A DNA stretch of 64,000 nt from Tubulanus polymorphus (Eukaryota; Animalia; Nemertea), in assembly GCF_964204645.1 (NCBI RefSeq), contig NC_134027.1, positions 9,146,485-9,210,484 of the forward strand, written 5' to 3'. A program made the position numbers and the translations under genes. This document shows, piece after piece, positions 12,601-25,043 of the stretch. Within the stretch, counting starts at the first letter, position 1; the number at the start of each line of letters is the position of its first letter. Under the pieces are notes generated by a model. It was not told the DNA's origin and did no database searches. It worked only from the letters and a program-made list of their open reading frames with translations.

Positions 12601-15600
12601 CAGCCTCCATATTAAAATAGCTTTTTTTCTTAGTTTATTTCTATGTTTTACAGAATAATATGACGCCTTACGATTACGCTGTAGTGAAGGGTTATCACGA
12701 ACTAGCTGAGATTCTCAGTTCTCCACTTTGGTTAACGGTGAGCGAATTTTTTTTCTTAATTTCATGATTTTTGCAGAATTCTAGGGTTGGGTCTGTAGCC
12801 CAAGTTATTAAATGAATGCCTAATGAATATTGTAGGATCCAATGGCGTTAGTCAACGCGGTTTGCAGAGGTGAACTCGACGATATAAAAACGTGCATAAA
12901 AAAAGGCGCCGATGTGAATATGAAAACCGAGGTAACTTCCCAGAAAATGTTCTTGTAAATTTCTAAATCTAAAATCTCATATCTCTACTTTGTAGCGATC
13001 GTATCCTACCGTTGATAACAAGGCCTTTCCTTTATTACAGATTGGCGCAGCCCCGATACATTATCTGATGACGCACCGAGTATATCAGGATAAAACAGAA
13101 GTGCTGGACGTCCTAACTCGGTCGGGATTACATATCAACTCCGTCAACAGAGATTGGGATACGGCATTAACACTCGCGGTTAGTAACTTCAACGACGGGA
13201 AGGAACTATGTACGCTGGTTTCACGTTTACTCGACGCCGAATGCGACAACGCAATGAAAAATAAAGTATGTATGCATGTAAAAACATATAGAATATCTGA
13301 AAAAAGTGTATTCTACTTTTGCTCTTATCGTAGGAAGGGAAAGATGCGCTGGATATCGCTAAAGAACGAAATTTCGCCGACGTGGTGAAGCTCCTAGAAG
13401 CGGCTAATATCAAGTTGATAAAAGTAGGTTGAGGTATTTCGTAAAAAAGGACCGATCAGATCCAGGAAGAAAGACACTCTAAATGATTTGATTTGATTTG
13501 AACACTTTATTTTTCAAATATAATTTACAGCATAGTGTACAAAGCATAATACAAAATACAGTAAATTAGACCTGGAGGGGCCTGTAGAAACTAAGGAATA
13601 GTTTGTATAAAACAGGTCCCTCAAAAGAGAAAAGAAAAAAAGAGAAATGCAATAAAGAAAATAATATGCTCACAGTCAACCCTTAACACACAAAATGCAA
13701 TCAAAGTAAACTATGATAACAGCTTGATTAAGATATAATCATTTAATAAGCCAGTTATTTTCTGAAATATTCCAAAAACAATAATTTTAGTTCGAATAAC
13801 TGTATGATAAAATCAAGCACAAAGTTGCTTTCTATAATTTCTTAGGAACAGTTTAGAATTTTCCATGTTTTTTAGATTTTCACTGATGTTATTCCAAAGT
13901 AAAGGGCCGGATACTTTTACTGAAAATGTTCTTCTTAGACTATTGAAAGAAAGTGTTTGTAAATCTTGACGTCGCCGAGTATTGTGACTGTGGATTTGAA
14001 AATTTTGGTTCCAATAATTTTCGAATGATTTCGGTAATTCGGAGTGGACAGATCTGTAGATAAAAGTACCTAGCTGAAGTTTATTAATATCTTTGAGCTT
14101 GAGGATATTAAAAGCTTTGAATATAGGGTCAGTGTGCGCCAAATAATAGGAATTAGAAATTAGCCTGATAGCTCTTTTTTGCAATACAATTAATGGCTGA
14201 AGTTTATTTTCAAAATTTCGTCCCCAAACTAAGTTACAATACTGGAGGTAAGGATCAATAAGCGACAAATAAAGGGTACGAAGAGAACTCACTGGCAGCT
14301 TATATCTCACTCTATTTATTATACCAATGCTTCGAGAAACTTTTTTCTCAACTGATTTTATTTGATCGTCCCAGGTTAGATTTCTGTCAATAAAAACTCC
14401 AAGAAAATTTGTGACATTGACTTGTTTGATCTCTATGTTGTTAATTGATATTCTCAAGTTATGTTTCATGTTTCAAGTTATGTTTACCGAACACCATAAA
14501 TGACGTCTTCTTTACATTTAATGACAGCTTGTTTGTTTGAAACCAGGTATACAATTTTGATAATTCAATGTTTACTGTACGTACTAATCTGTCTAAATTA
14601 ATGTCACTATAAAAGGCATTTGTGTCATCGGCAAACAATATAAGTTTTAACACATTAGAAAATTTAATGCAGTCGTTTACATATAATAAAAAAAGCAAGG
14701 GACCTAAAATTGAGCCTTGGGGTACTCCAATTTTAACGGTACATAACGAGGATTTATAATTTTGAATTTGAACAAATTGTTTTCTATTCTTCAAATAGTT
14801 TTCAAACCAGTTGTTAGAGATGCCTCTTATTCCATAAAAACATAATTTTCTTAATAAGATTTCGTGATCAACGGTGTCAAAGGCTTTTGATAATTCTAAG
14901 AATACCCCAATAGTTGATTTGTTTTCTTCTAAATTTTGAGAAATTTCATCAGTTATCAATGTTAAGGCCATGGCAGTTGAATGGTTCTTTCGAAAGCCGA
15001 ACTGGTTTGGTTGAATGATATGAAACTTGTTACAATATTCGGTTAATCGATTATACACTATCTTTTCGAGAATTTTAGAAAAGCAAGGCAGTACGGATAT
15101 CGGTCTGTAATTATCAAAAGAGTCATTATTGCCAGCTTTATAGAGTGGACGTATTCGCGCTACCTTTAGTTCAGCCGGCACTATACCGGAATTTAAGCTA
15201 CAGTTAAATATATGAGTTAGCGGGTATTTTACAGAATCAATTATTTTCTTAACTACTTTTACAGAGAAACCATCAGCACCAGCGCCTTTGCTGGGTGAGA
15301 AATCATTTACAATCTGACTGATTTCATCAGGGTGGGTCGGGAAAAAGAAAAAGTTTTCATTTACTGGATCTGTCAGATATTCACTGAAGTGGGCACCTGT
15401 ATCTGGTATTTGATTGGCTAGGTTGCTACCAATATTTACAAAGAAAGAATTAAATTCATTAGCGATATTTTCATAGCCGTTTACAACGATACCGTTCCTT
15501 TTGAAAGAGCAAGGTAATCTACTCCGATCATTGGAAGATTTTCCAATTAGACTGTTTAAGATATTCCCTGATTTTTTCATATCGGATTTGGCTGCAAGTA

Positions 15601-17194
15601 ATTTAGTCTCATAATACTTTTTCTCGGCATATTTGAGTGTACGAGACAAGGTACGTTTGTAATTCAAATAATTTTTCAAATGTGATCTATTACGCAAAGA
15701 TTTTCTGTACAAGCGATTTTTGTGTTTAATAAATATTTGGATGGATATATGAAAGCTGTGGGTACTGGAGTGTGTAATGGGTAGCGTAGTGTGATCTGTG
15801 TGCATTTGTGGCCAGCACACAGATCACATTGTTCAATGGGGTTTGGTCCAGGACTCGCGAGATTTTCAACACGGAAGTAACGTGTAATAAATGATGACTT
15901 GAATTGCATGACTACCTACCACCCCTCATTATTGTTGGAAAACTAAACGTTCGGCACTGACTACAAATTAGTAATAACATTTTAGAAATGGCCAGAATTT
16001 TAACTTAGGTTCTCATTTTTATTTTACAATTGCGATTGGTATAATTTTTTTTTAAACGGCCGTTAAGGCTTCATGTTTCGTCTGCAATTCACTGCAAATA
16101 GTTACGCAACTATGCACATTTCAGCGTTTTTGGCAGCTGTACACTCAATCGGCACCGTTCGTGACTAGCTTCACTGCGGAATTATCATTAATTAACATCG
16201 CCATATCACATCATCAACTTATATTGTGCCTTAAAACCCTCACAGCCGAAATAATTGAAATGCACACACGATTTCTATCATTGAAAATTGAGAGAGTGGC
16301 CATGTTTGTGTTTGCTGCTTCGCGTAAATCCCGCGCGGTGGCGCAACCGCGCGGAGTGGGGCCGATACGTCCAGAATGATTTTGATACTATCACCCGCTC
16401 TTTTCTTACATATGTCGAGCAGAAGCATTTATTCAAAGCGGTGCAAATCGGAGATGTAAAACGTGTCAGAGAACTGGCCGAAAAAGACGAAGCAGCCACT
16501 CCAATGTTTAACGAGGTTTGTCATGGAATTATATTTCGAATCAAATCCAGGATTCTACCGTTGAGCGTGAACAACGTCCAGTGTTTATCTATCGATTAAC
16601 TGTTGACGTTTACAGGTTCAAGTCAATAATAGGCGATGATTCTTCGCATTTTCAGGATGGCTTTCATTTATTGCACGTGGCTGTGGCGGAAACTAACGAA
16701 CACGACCGAGGCGAAATGATACGCGTACTACTGGACCTAGGCGCAAAGATAAACATCAAATCGAAACGGGTGCGTACCCCGAGATTCTAGAAATTTGGAT
16801 GTTGAAATAGTCATCGATGATCACGATAGACCGTATTATTAATCCCCTTCCTTCTTCTGTAGGAGGTCGATACTCCATTGCACGTAGCAGTCAAAAACAA
16901 CTTCCCAGGGGTAGTGTTACAGCTTTTAGAGAACGGCGCGGACGCGGCGATGACTAATCGCGTATGTATACCCCCTTCGTAAAATCTGTCGAATTTAAAT
17001 AACAGTATAAGCCAAGAGTGTTCAAACTTCGTTATTAGGAAGGTAAAAAGCCGTACGATATAGCCGTCGAGTTGAAGTACGAAAGTTGTCGCGCCATATT
17101 CGAACGCAGGAAGGCCATACGAGAAAAATGGTTGAAAGGAGCGAATAAAGCAAAAAATGTGTCGGTCGCCTCTAAATCATGTACCATATTGTAA
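9683..17194 (+). CDS. Ankyrin-repeat protein (about 14 coding exons) with C-terminal CaaX motif (CTIL)
   Basis: Exons at about 9683-9805, 10242-10343, 10465-10686 (GADPNL..RETPLHLV), 11103-11213, 12027-12119, 12220-12441 (KADVNGK..GDTPLHIV), 12654-12737, 12836-12931 (KGADVN), 13041-13265, 13334-13423, 16423-16515, 16656-16769, 16863-16961 (DTPLHVAV..LLENGAD) and 17039-17194 ending ..SKSCTIL*. All introns phase 0. The start exon is the least certain. Confidence 0.9.
10851..10978. mobile_element. MITE-like element, CAGGG(C/T)CGTACCTAGC family, copy 2, with 5-bp target-site duplication
   Basis: CAGGGTCGTACCTAGC...GCTAGATACGGCCCTG flanked by GCTTT on both sides (10846-10850 and 10979-10983). Confidence 0.75.
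13485..15730 (-). mobile_element. 5'-truncated, inactivated non-LTR retrotransposon (CR1/L2 group, Crack/Daphne-like) in an ankyrin-gene intron
   Basis: RT motifs NYRPISVLP, QFGFR, LSKAFDTVDH, GVPQGSILGPLLF, FADD and FLGV in ORFs 14459-15820 and 13813-14469. No endonuclease domain. 3' UTR has a stem-loop (13575-13622), AATAAA and a (CAAAT)n tail at ~13485-13500. Confidence 0.95.
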
Positions 17195-17669
17195 ATATAC
17201 TGAAGATTTTTATAGTTAATTTAAAGAAAAAAAAAGAATTTTATCAATACAGCCATTAATACACACCATTGTATTCATCTATCCACGGGTTTTTTGGAAA
17301 CGAATGGTCACGATCAGCCAAGAAAGCTACTACTGGATTGATAATGAGTCAGGGCAACTGTGGATTGTGACTTGACACGTTCGATGAGCTTTTCATTTTG
17401 TGCAATACAATTTTATACAAAGGGAGCATAAGTCCTGTAGGCATGTAGTCTCCTCATGTTCACGTATGAATGTATTTATTTCATTCATTCAATTTCATTT
17501 TTGGTTGCATGCAATTGTCGAAAAAAAACCAAATTTGTATCTATCGAAATCCATTTTATTCATAAGTGAAACCATGGACTCTAAAACGATTTTAGAGTCC
17601 AAGGTGAAACAGAGCTGTGGTCAGATACACATTATGATAGTATACATATTTTGGTACCGATAAAACACA

Positions 17670-20600
17670 TTATCCGATGTTGTTGATGACCGCCATGGCA
17701 GCATCGTAATTTGAGTCGATAATCCAGCGAGTTACTGCAATGAGTAAAAACAGTTTTACTGCAGAAGTAAAAAATGTGAAAGAAATACCATTCATGGTCT
17801 GTCACAATGTACTTACAGTCCGGGTTCGTTTCGGCGAGCTTACATAGGCAGTTGTTGTGCAGAATTAAGCCACACGGACAATCGCCTACTCCCGATGAGG
17901 CACCAGTGGTAGAGTCTGGTAAAACTACAAAGATTTTACCGATAAAATAAGCTCATTAATGCAGCGTGGCGTTACAATATTTTCTCAACGAATTATGACG
18001 GATGAAAAAGTCTCGCGCGGTGGACTGCTGCTTACCAAAAGATGAGTCGACCTGCTTGAACAAAGCCTTATATCCAGATTTGTTTATGGAGCCGTCGGAC
18101 TTAAAGGTGACTTTCACCTTGTTACTTGTCGATAACCAATCAGCGCCTTTCGGACGGGTACCGCACATGTTGCCGGATTTGCGTCCAGAAATGACGTCTT
18201 CGATCTGAGAATGGAAAAAAATCGCCATAGATCAGTAACTGCTTTTAGAATTTCACGGCAATACAATCTTATGATTATCACATGAGAGGGATATCGTGCG
18301 CCTTACCAATACGTAATCGTTTCTGCAACCGCTCCCACCTTCCAAATTGAACTCTTCGAATTTCAAGTGAACGCGCATGCCGGTAGCGGCTTGTATATTT
18401 ATGACGCAATTCCTGTTGTTCGGGTATGATAGCGGGTAACTCGGAGAACTGATTTCACCACTAGTATCACTGAGCGTCTTACCGCAGAGGTCCGGAAGGG
18501 TTGGCACGGTCGTCGTTGGTGCTGGTGTGGTTGTTGTCGTCAAAAGCAGGACTTCTGTTGGGAAAAAAAATTAAACTAAGGATCCCATATATATCCTTAC
18601 TTGATGAAATGCTTGACGATCTGACAAATTCAAAATCCAACCGACAACGACGAACGATGAAAATTCTGAATTGTACCTCGTTCCGAACTGGTCAGTGCTT
18701 GATAATGCAACCAATATCCACGTTCCTCAGAGTTTATTCCTCCTTGCATCCTGAGGATAATGTGCACCTTATTGGAGTCGGACACCCAACGAGTACCAAT
18801 AGCGTCGCTATTCTGACCATTTAACATCCCGGTAGATTTTGACGTTTTTAAATCACGTAGCTATAAAGATACACGTCGAAAACTTAATTCGAAGAAAGTA
18901 TGAATCCCAATCGCATCGAAAACGTGCGTATTGGTATAGACTCTGATATATAGGTGCTGAATACAATATGATATTTTTTTTCTAAATAATTTCATGTACG
19001 TAGACCAATGGTAAAAAGAATGTTTTATCAAGGTGGTCAAGCGATTGTAGAAGATCTTCAACAATTTGATGTATGTACCTCGAGGAAAAACCCAGATGAC
19101 CTAAGACTCAGATCCTTGATGTCAAAGCGAATGGTCAAACCTTCGTCTACCGCCACGATTACGTCACACGATGTATATGGTTCGACTGTATCCGGATAAT
19201 TGGGCGATTTGATGTCACCAGACGGCGCTGTCAAATATCCGCTACACTTGTCGTAATATTCTGAAAACAAAGAACGTATACCGGTATTGAAAGACACGAA
19301 GGATAAACTTGATTCGGAGTGACGTTCGCCTGAATACCGTAAGGTTTATTAGCCGGTACTGTTTTATACTTTGCTTTGAAGCCACGTGAATTGCTCGATC
19401 GGGAATCACTTCTGAACATCAGTTCGACCCTGTTCGAGTCGGACACCCAGGTTTTTCGGTTGAACGCGGAGCCGCACTGTCGTTCACTGGTACGCCTACT
19501 GTTCATATCAATTATCTACAATAAAGAATACATACATTTTTGCTTCAGGTAATATGATACCGGCAATCATGTCTTCGATGACTTCATCACCAGCTTGATT
19601 ACAGATATATACCTCCAAAGAATCCGTGGGACAGTTGGGTAATGCATTGATAAGGTGAAAATCGATGAAATCTATCACAATTTTCTTTCCAGTCGGAACG
19701 TGGATACGTGTTCGACAGAGAGCTTTTTCGTAGAATTCATCCGGGTAGTTCGGTGAGCGCAGTTCACCAGTTTCTGCTCTCAGAAGTCCGTCACAATAAT
19801 CGTAGAATTCTATGAAACCAAGAATGAAAAAATGGTTCAAACTAGGTGAAAAAAATCAGTCTTACCGTCACAGTGTATAGATGTGTATTTCAGAAGTGTT
19901 TCGCGTAATCTTTTGCGTATTACCGTCATCTTTAGGTTCAACTTGTTGATATCTAAGCTTGAAGCCGTTGTATGTATGACTATTATGTTTGCCGCTTATG
20001 AACGAAACTTCGGCCCGGTTCGAATCCGAAATCCATTCTTTCCCGATTCCGACTTTGGTGCCGCACAATTTCAGGCTTTCTTTGGAGCTGACCAGATCGC
20101 GGATCTGTTCATGAGAAAATGGTGATGAAATGATACGGTAATTCGCGTAGCGTACAAGGAGCTAGATTGTTTTTTGTTGTTGTTGTACGAGAAGATCTCT
20201 TTTCCTCAATAGCGAACTGACCAGATGAAGGCTTCATAAAAGACGTCTTACCATTGGCAGACGGACATTTTGTGATCAAATCTTTAACTGCGATCTCACT
20301 ATCATAGAATGATTTCCCGTTTAGTATTTCTATTTTCGATAGTGCATTAACACGCGATAACAAACAAATGACAGTTATACAAAAAGATACTTTACATCTA
20401 AACATTTTTAAACCTGATTTGTGAATCCATATTGTCTGACCTGCAAAGAATCGACGCGACATTCCGGAAACGCGTGAGCCAATTCCACGTCATCGAAGTG
20501 GAATTTGATTTTTTTCCCCGGTTGTACTTGAATAATTGTTCTACATTTGTCGTGGTCGTACCAAGTTCCGGGGTAGTTGGGACTCGTCAGTACACCGTAG

Positions 20601-23600
20601 GGTAACGTCATGAAACCGTTGCAGCCATCGTAATAAACTGAAATTGAAATATGTCATATATATAGCAACGATATGTGACACTTGCCAATCACATATAGGA
20701 CGGGATTTGTGAAATTAATTGATAAGTTGAATATTTAGGCCTAATTTGTAACCTGAGGCCAGTTGCATGGCCATGGCTTAGATTTGAGACTGGTCTAAGA
20801 CCAACTTAATTCTCAAGTCAATATAACAAAGACCAGTCTTAAGATTTAAGACCACTTTTGGATTTGTGCAACGAGATGGCTCTGTACCTGCTGGGGTCGT
20901 GGTATCTATTGCGGTGTATTTGGCAGAAAATCCACGTCCACGATTAGACTGATCTCTCGGTGACGTATGCAAACTGATTCGGATTCGATTCGAAGTAGAG
21001 ACCCATGTTCTGCCGCTGAATCGCCGGCCGCACATCTTTCCGGTGCTGGCACCAGTTTCTAAATCGTCCAACTAAAATCAAGACGTAAGCGAAATCTGTT
21101 TCCATAAACTAATACCAATATTGTAGATACATGTACTGGGAATCTTTCTACGGTAACCGATTTTTGTAAGTTTTCAGGGGTCCATTCAACTTATTTATCA
21201 GAAAATAGATAATCATAACAGTGATATTGATAATAATAATCAATGATAATAATAATATATAATACGTAACTATATAACTTCATTTTTCACTCTAATTAAT
21301 TTTCGATCTTGAAATAGGGATTGTCCTTGTTATCTATTTGATTGGTAGATTTGGTATAATCTGTTTTGATTTGGTTTCCCTTCCAAACCCACCACACCTG
21401 CCGGGAACTAAAACCGTACTTTTCAATGGCTAATTTGGATTTTGAAATTTGAATTTGAATAAACAGAGGACCGACGATTGGAAAATTTGTAGAGGCCTTT
21501 TTCCGAAGACTTCTTTATCTTGTAAAATGTTATGCAAGAATGGTTTTTCTTTTTTCCCCATTGATGCCACAACCTTAACTTACCATCACATAGTCGTTAC
21601 TACACGCTGGGTACGTCGAATAAACGAGATTAAAATCCGTAAAGTCCACTCGGATCTTTTGGCCTTGATTGACTTCCAATACAACCCTGCAGTCGTAGCT
21701 ATAATCAAGGTCGTTGGGATAATTAGGAGAGCTGATTACACCCGTTTGTTTCTTCAGGTACCCATTACAGCCATCATAATGCTCTGAAATAAATAGATTT
21801 CTTTTCAGGTGGAAAAAGTGTATCGCAACTTTTACAAAAGGCCTTTAGGCGCTTTTTAAATCACATACTGTAAATATTAATTGATAAATGTTATATATCA
21901 TAAAGCTAGTATTTTGGGGACTGAAACGGATGACAACTGATGTTCTGACGGTCTGTTATAAATTCACATCTTGTTTTAGACCAAGTTTTCGCTTGTACAT
22001 TACTTGATCCACCATTCAGTCTTATTTGCATTTTACTCACGTATCTTTCCGGCCGACTTCTTGACAGCTTCGTACGTCAATTTATAACCTCGGGCTAATT
22101 GCGAATTTGACGAAGACGAGAAGATGAGGTCGATTCTATTCGAATCCGATACCCAGATCGTGTTTTTATATCGATTAGCGCACAGTTTTGCGGTTTCCTT
22201 CTGACTTTCCAAATCTCTCAGCTTTTTGTGCAATAAGAAACAAAAACAAAAATCAGAATTTCATCCTCTCTCAGATGTGCGACATTCTTTTATCAAAATA
22301 GAACGACGTACAACGAGCAACTTTTAAGAAAAAAAAGGATGAACTACATTGCAATGGGGATACAAAATTTAAATGGAAATGCATTGGCATGCATAGAAGA
22401 TTTTGAGTTGAACATACGTACCAAGACGAAGTCAGTGCAAGACCCGGGTCTTCCGTAGAGCTCCAGAACCTCGAACTTAAATACAACGCGCACACCGTCT
22501 GGCAAACGGAATTGCGTTTTGCAATTTTCTCCTTTTCTATAGAAATTGTTAGGAAACCCCCAGGAGGTAACGGTGCCGCTTGTCTGGCGTACAACTCCAT
22601 TACAACCGTCGCTATACTCTGAAATGATACCGGCGATAAGAAAAAAAAACATTGCTGATGTCGTTCGATTTCCGAAAATGATAAAAACGTTTCGCGTACC
22701 TATTTCGTTTGGTTTGACTGCTTCGTACGAAAGTTTATAGCCGCGAAGATTGTCTTGACTTCCGTTCGGGTCGACTTGGAAATGAATTTGGACTCTATTC
22801 GAGTCGGATTGCCATACTCTTGCAAATTCCGGAAATTTCTCACCGCAGTATCGTTCAGAACGACTGGTCGACAAATCTTTTATCTGAAGGCAGGAACTTG
22901 ATCAATGTACAAGATATTCCCAAGTGCATTCGCGTTCGTAAACATTGTTCAAGAGCGTATCTGACTTTTTTTCAATGTTTTTTATTTCCAAGAGCTTGTG
23001 GCAGGTTTTCTTTTATTTCAAAATATAGGGAATGACCTGCTACGTATTTGATTGGTAGATTTCGTTTGTTTTGTTTTGATTTAGTGTCCCTAACAAACCC
23101 ACCATTTTGAAATCGTAAATCCAAGTACATGTTATAGCTGTGTGATCGGCGGTCGAATTTACAGTATTTTTCTTTAAATCGAAGTACGCAATTGTAAATT
23201 TTGGTTCCGGTTCATTTAAACAATCTTAGCAGGTACATGAAAGAGCGTTTTTAAGATGAGGCTATTACGGACCGACCCCGTCCCTCCTTTGATGACCCAT
23301 GAAAGGTGTTCTCGTCAACTACAATCCATTACCTCCAGGGAACTTCTGCCGCAGGTGTATACGTAGAAATCGTCGAACGTTATTTTCACAATTGTGCCAG
23401 GTTCCACGTTTATCGTGACTTTACAGTCAATTCTATCGGGATACCAATTCGGATATCTCGGTGACGTCACAACTCCTGTAGATGCTTTCATGAACCCATC
23501 ACATCCGTCAAAATACTCTACAAAATGTATTAACTCAATACAGATACATACATTAAATCATTTTACGACAACGCCGTTTGACGATGAAATCCTATTCAAT

Positions 23601-25043
23601 GATATTGCCAGGTAAATGCCATCGAACTAACGTAGACAGTAGCAGGGCGAATCCAAGGGGGAGGAGGCGGTAGGGGTCTCGACGCGCCCTGCTCCATTTT
23701 CGATATTTTTTTGATAGTGTCACCAATTATATCAATGATATAAAAAACCGCAATGCAAATCTTTATCGATTGCTGTTTCGGTGTCTGCCAGAAACTACTG
23801 TAAGGTAATGCACACATTTTTATGAATGCATTTTTCAATGTAATGTGAAAAACTGTACGTAGGAAAACACTGCGCTTGACCCCCTATGCTCAAATTTCTG
23901 GGTCCGCCTTCAAATTCATTGAGTTGCCTTTGAAAATATATTTCTGGAAAGAAAAATAGACCCATTGGAGGACACTAAGGGACACCATAAGACGAGGGCT
24001 AAGAGATATCTTGCAGACTCGTGAGGAGGGCAAAGAGGTGCTGATTTTAGAAACACGAATAGATGCATACCGTGTTGGATCTTTTCTACGGCTTCAAAAA
24101 CAATTCGGTAGCCTCTTGAATCACTGGATGAATATTTGTACGTTTTCAACAATATCTGTACTTTGTTCGAGTCGGAGTACCAGATACGACCCCTGTGACG
24201 CCACGTCGCGCATGACTTTGGTGATCGCCTGTGAGTTCCAACGTCAACAATCTTATGAAAACATAAACATCCCATGCTAAACAAATTTCATCATCTACAT
24301 AATAAGATACGACTTTGATCATACAGTATTCATACCTCAATGAATTCATCATTGCAATCGGTCGATTGTCGCATAGATACATCTTCCAATAGCAGACGGA
24401 TTTTCTTGTCTTGTGGAACCTCGATTGTCTGAGCGCACTCTAAACCACCTTCAAGACGACGGGGATACGACGGCGATATAGCCTCACCGGATGTCGTGAC
24501 CAGATGCCCTTGACAAGATTCTGTAGATTGTAAATTTATGATAAGAACTAGCGAAATACACGTGGAGAACATGGGTTTTTATCCCAGAACTTGCAAACTT
24601 TTCGAATACATATATTTAACCTCTGCAATCATACTATAATCGTCGGTGGCAAGGAAATGTTTGTCACGTCACTCCTTTTAAGCATCGGCACCTCCAGCCG
24701 TCAAATTCATCAATGCATGACCAGGAATATGGATGGAACATGGTTAACATTTTTTCAAAGTTCAATTAAAAACCTACGATATAGAACTTTTTTGTACATG
24801 AGTGACGTTACTACATTCTAGCAATCTTACCCGTGCTGGTGGCTGGGTATTTGCTAGTATGGTATAAAAGCTGTATATCTACTTAATTTCTCTAGCTAGC
24901 ATAGCGGCAAGTTTGCTTCAGACACCGTCTTCGAGACTAGAGAAAACGACTTTGCATATACCTATTTTGTTTGCCGTCGAACTCGTGTCAGTAACTAGTC
25001 CAGAAGTTATAGCAGCGACGCATAATATCCCCAAAAGATTCAT
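17670..25043 (-). CDS. Secreted protein with 8 tandem CUB domains, a Thr-rich linker and a short Cys-containing C-terminus
   Basis: Signal-peptide exon 24962-25043 (MNLLGILCVAAITSGLVT). Eight exon pairs each encode C..G.I.SPNYP..Y....C and CG...W.SDSN.V...F.S....RGF..Y (24336-24520/24071-24251 through 18308-18554/18037-18204). Then 17817-17915 (GDCPCGLILHNNCLCK) and a last exon LTRWIIDSNYDAAMAVINNIG*. Confidence 0.9.
20755..20880. repeat. Short palindromic intronic repeat
   Basis: GACTGGTCTAAGACC...AGACCAGTCTTAAG..TTAAGACC self-complementary blocks. Confidence 0.4.
23043..23225. repeat. Dispersed repeat; partial copy at ~21315-21395 and inverted copy at ~52075-52290
   Basis: TATTTGATTGGTAGATTT..GTTTTGATTT shared with 21330. 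TGTGTGATCGGCGGTCGAATTTACAG matches the reverse complement of 52135-52160. Confidence 0.75.
23643..23910. mobile_element. MITE-like element of the GGCGGATCCAG..CTGGATCCGCC family (relatives at ~38182-38418 and ~40845)
   Basis: GGGCGAATCCAAGGGG...AAATTTCTGGGTCCGCC termini. AAAATCCTGGATCCGCCCCTG at 38398-38418. Confidence 0.55.

Noticed and set aside
15735-15909. N-terminal part of the 453-aa RT ORF (MCWPQMHTDH..) and overlapping ORF 15676-15909
   Set aside because: LINE similarity appears to begin at about IKHKNRLY (~15730). The upstream codons are fortuitously open flanking intron sequence.
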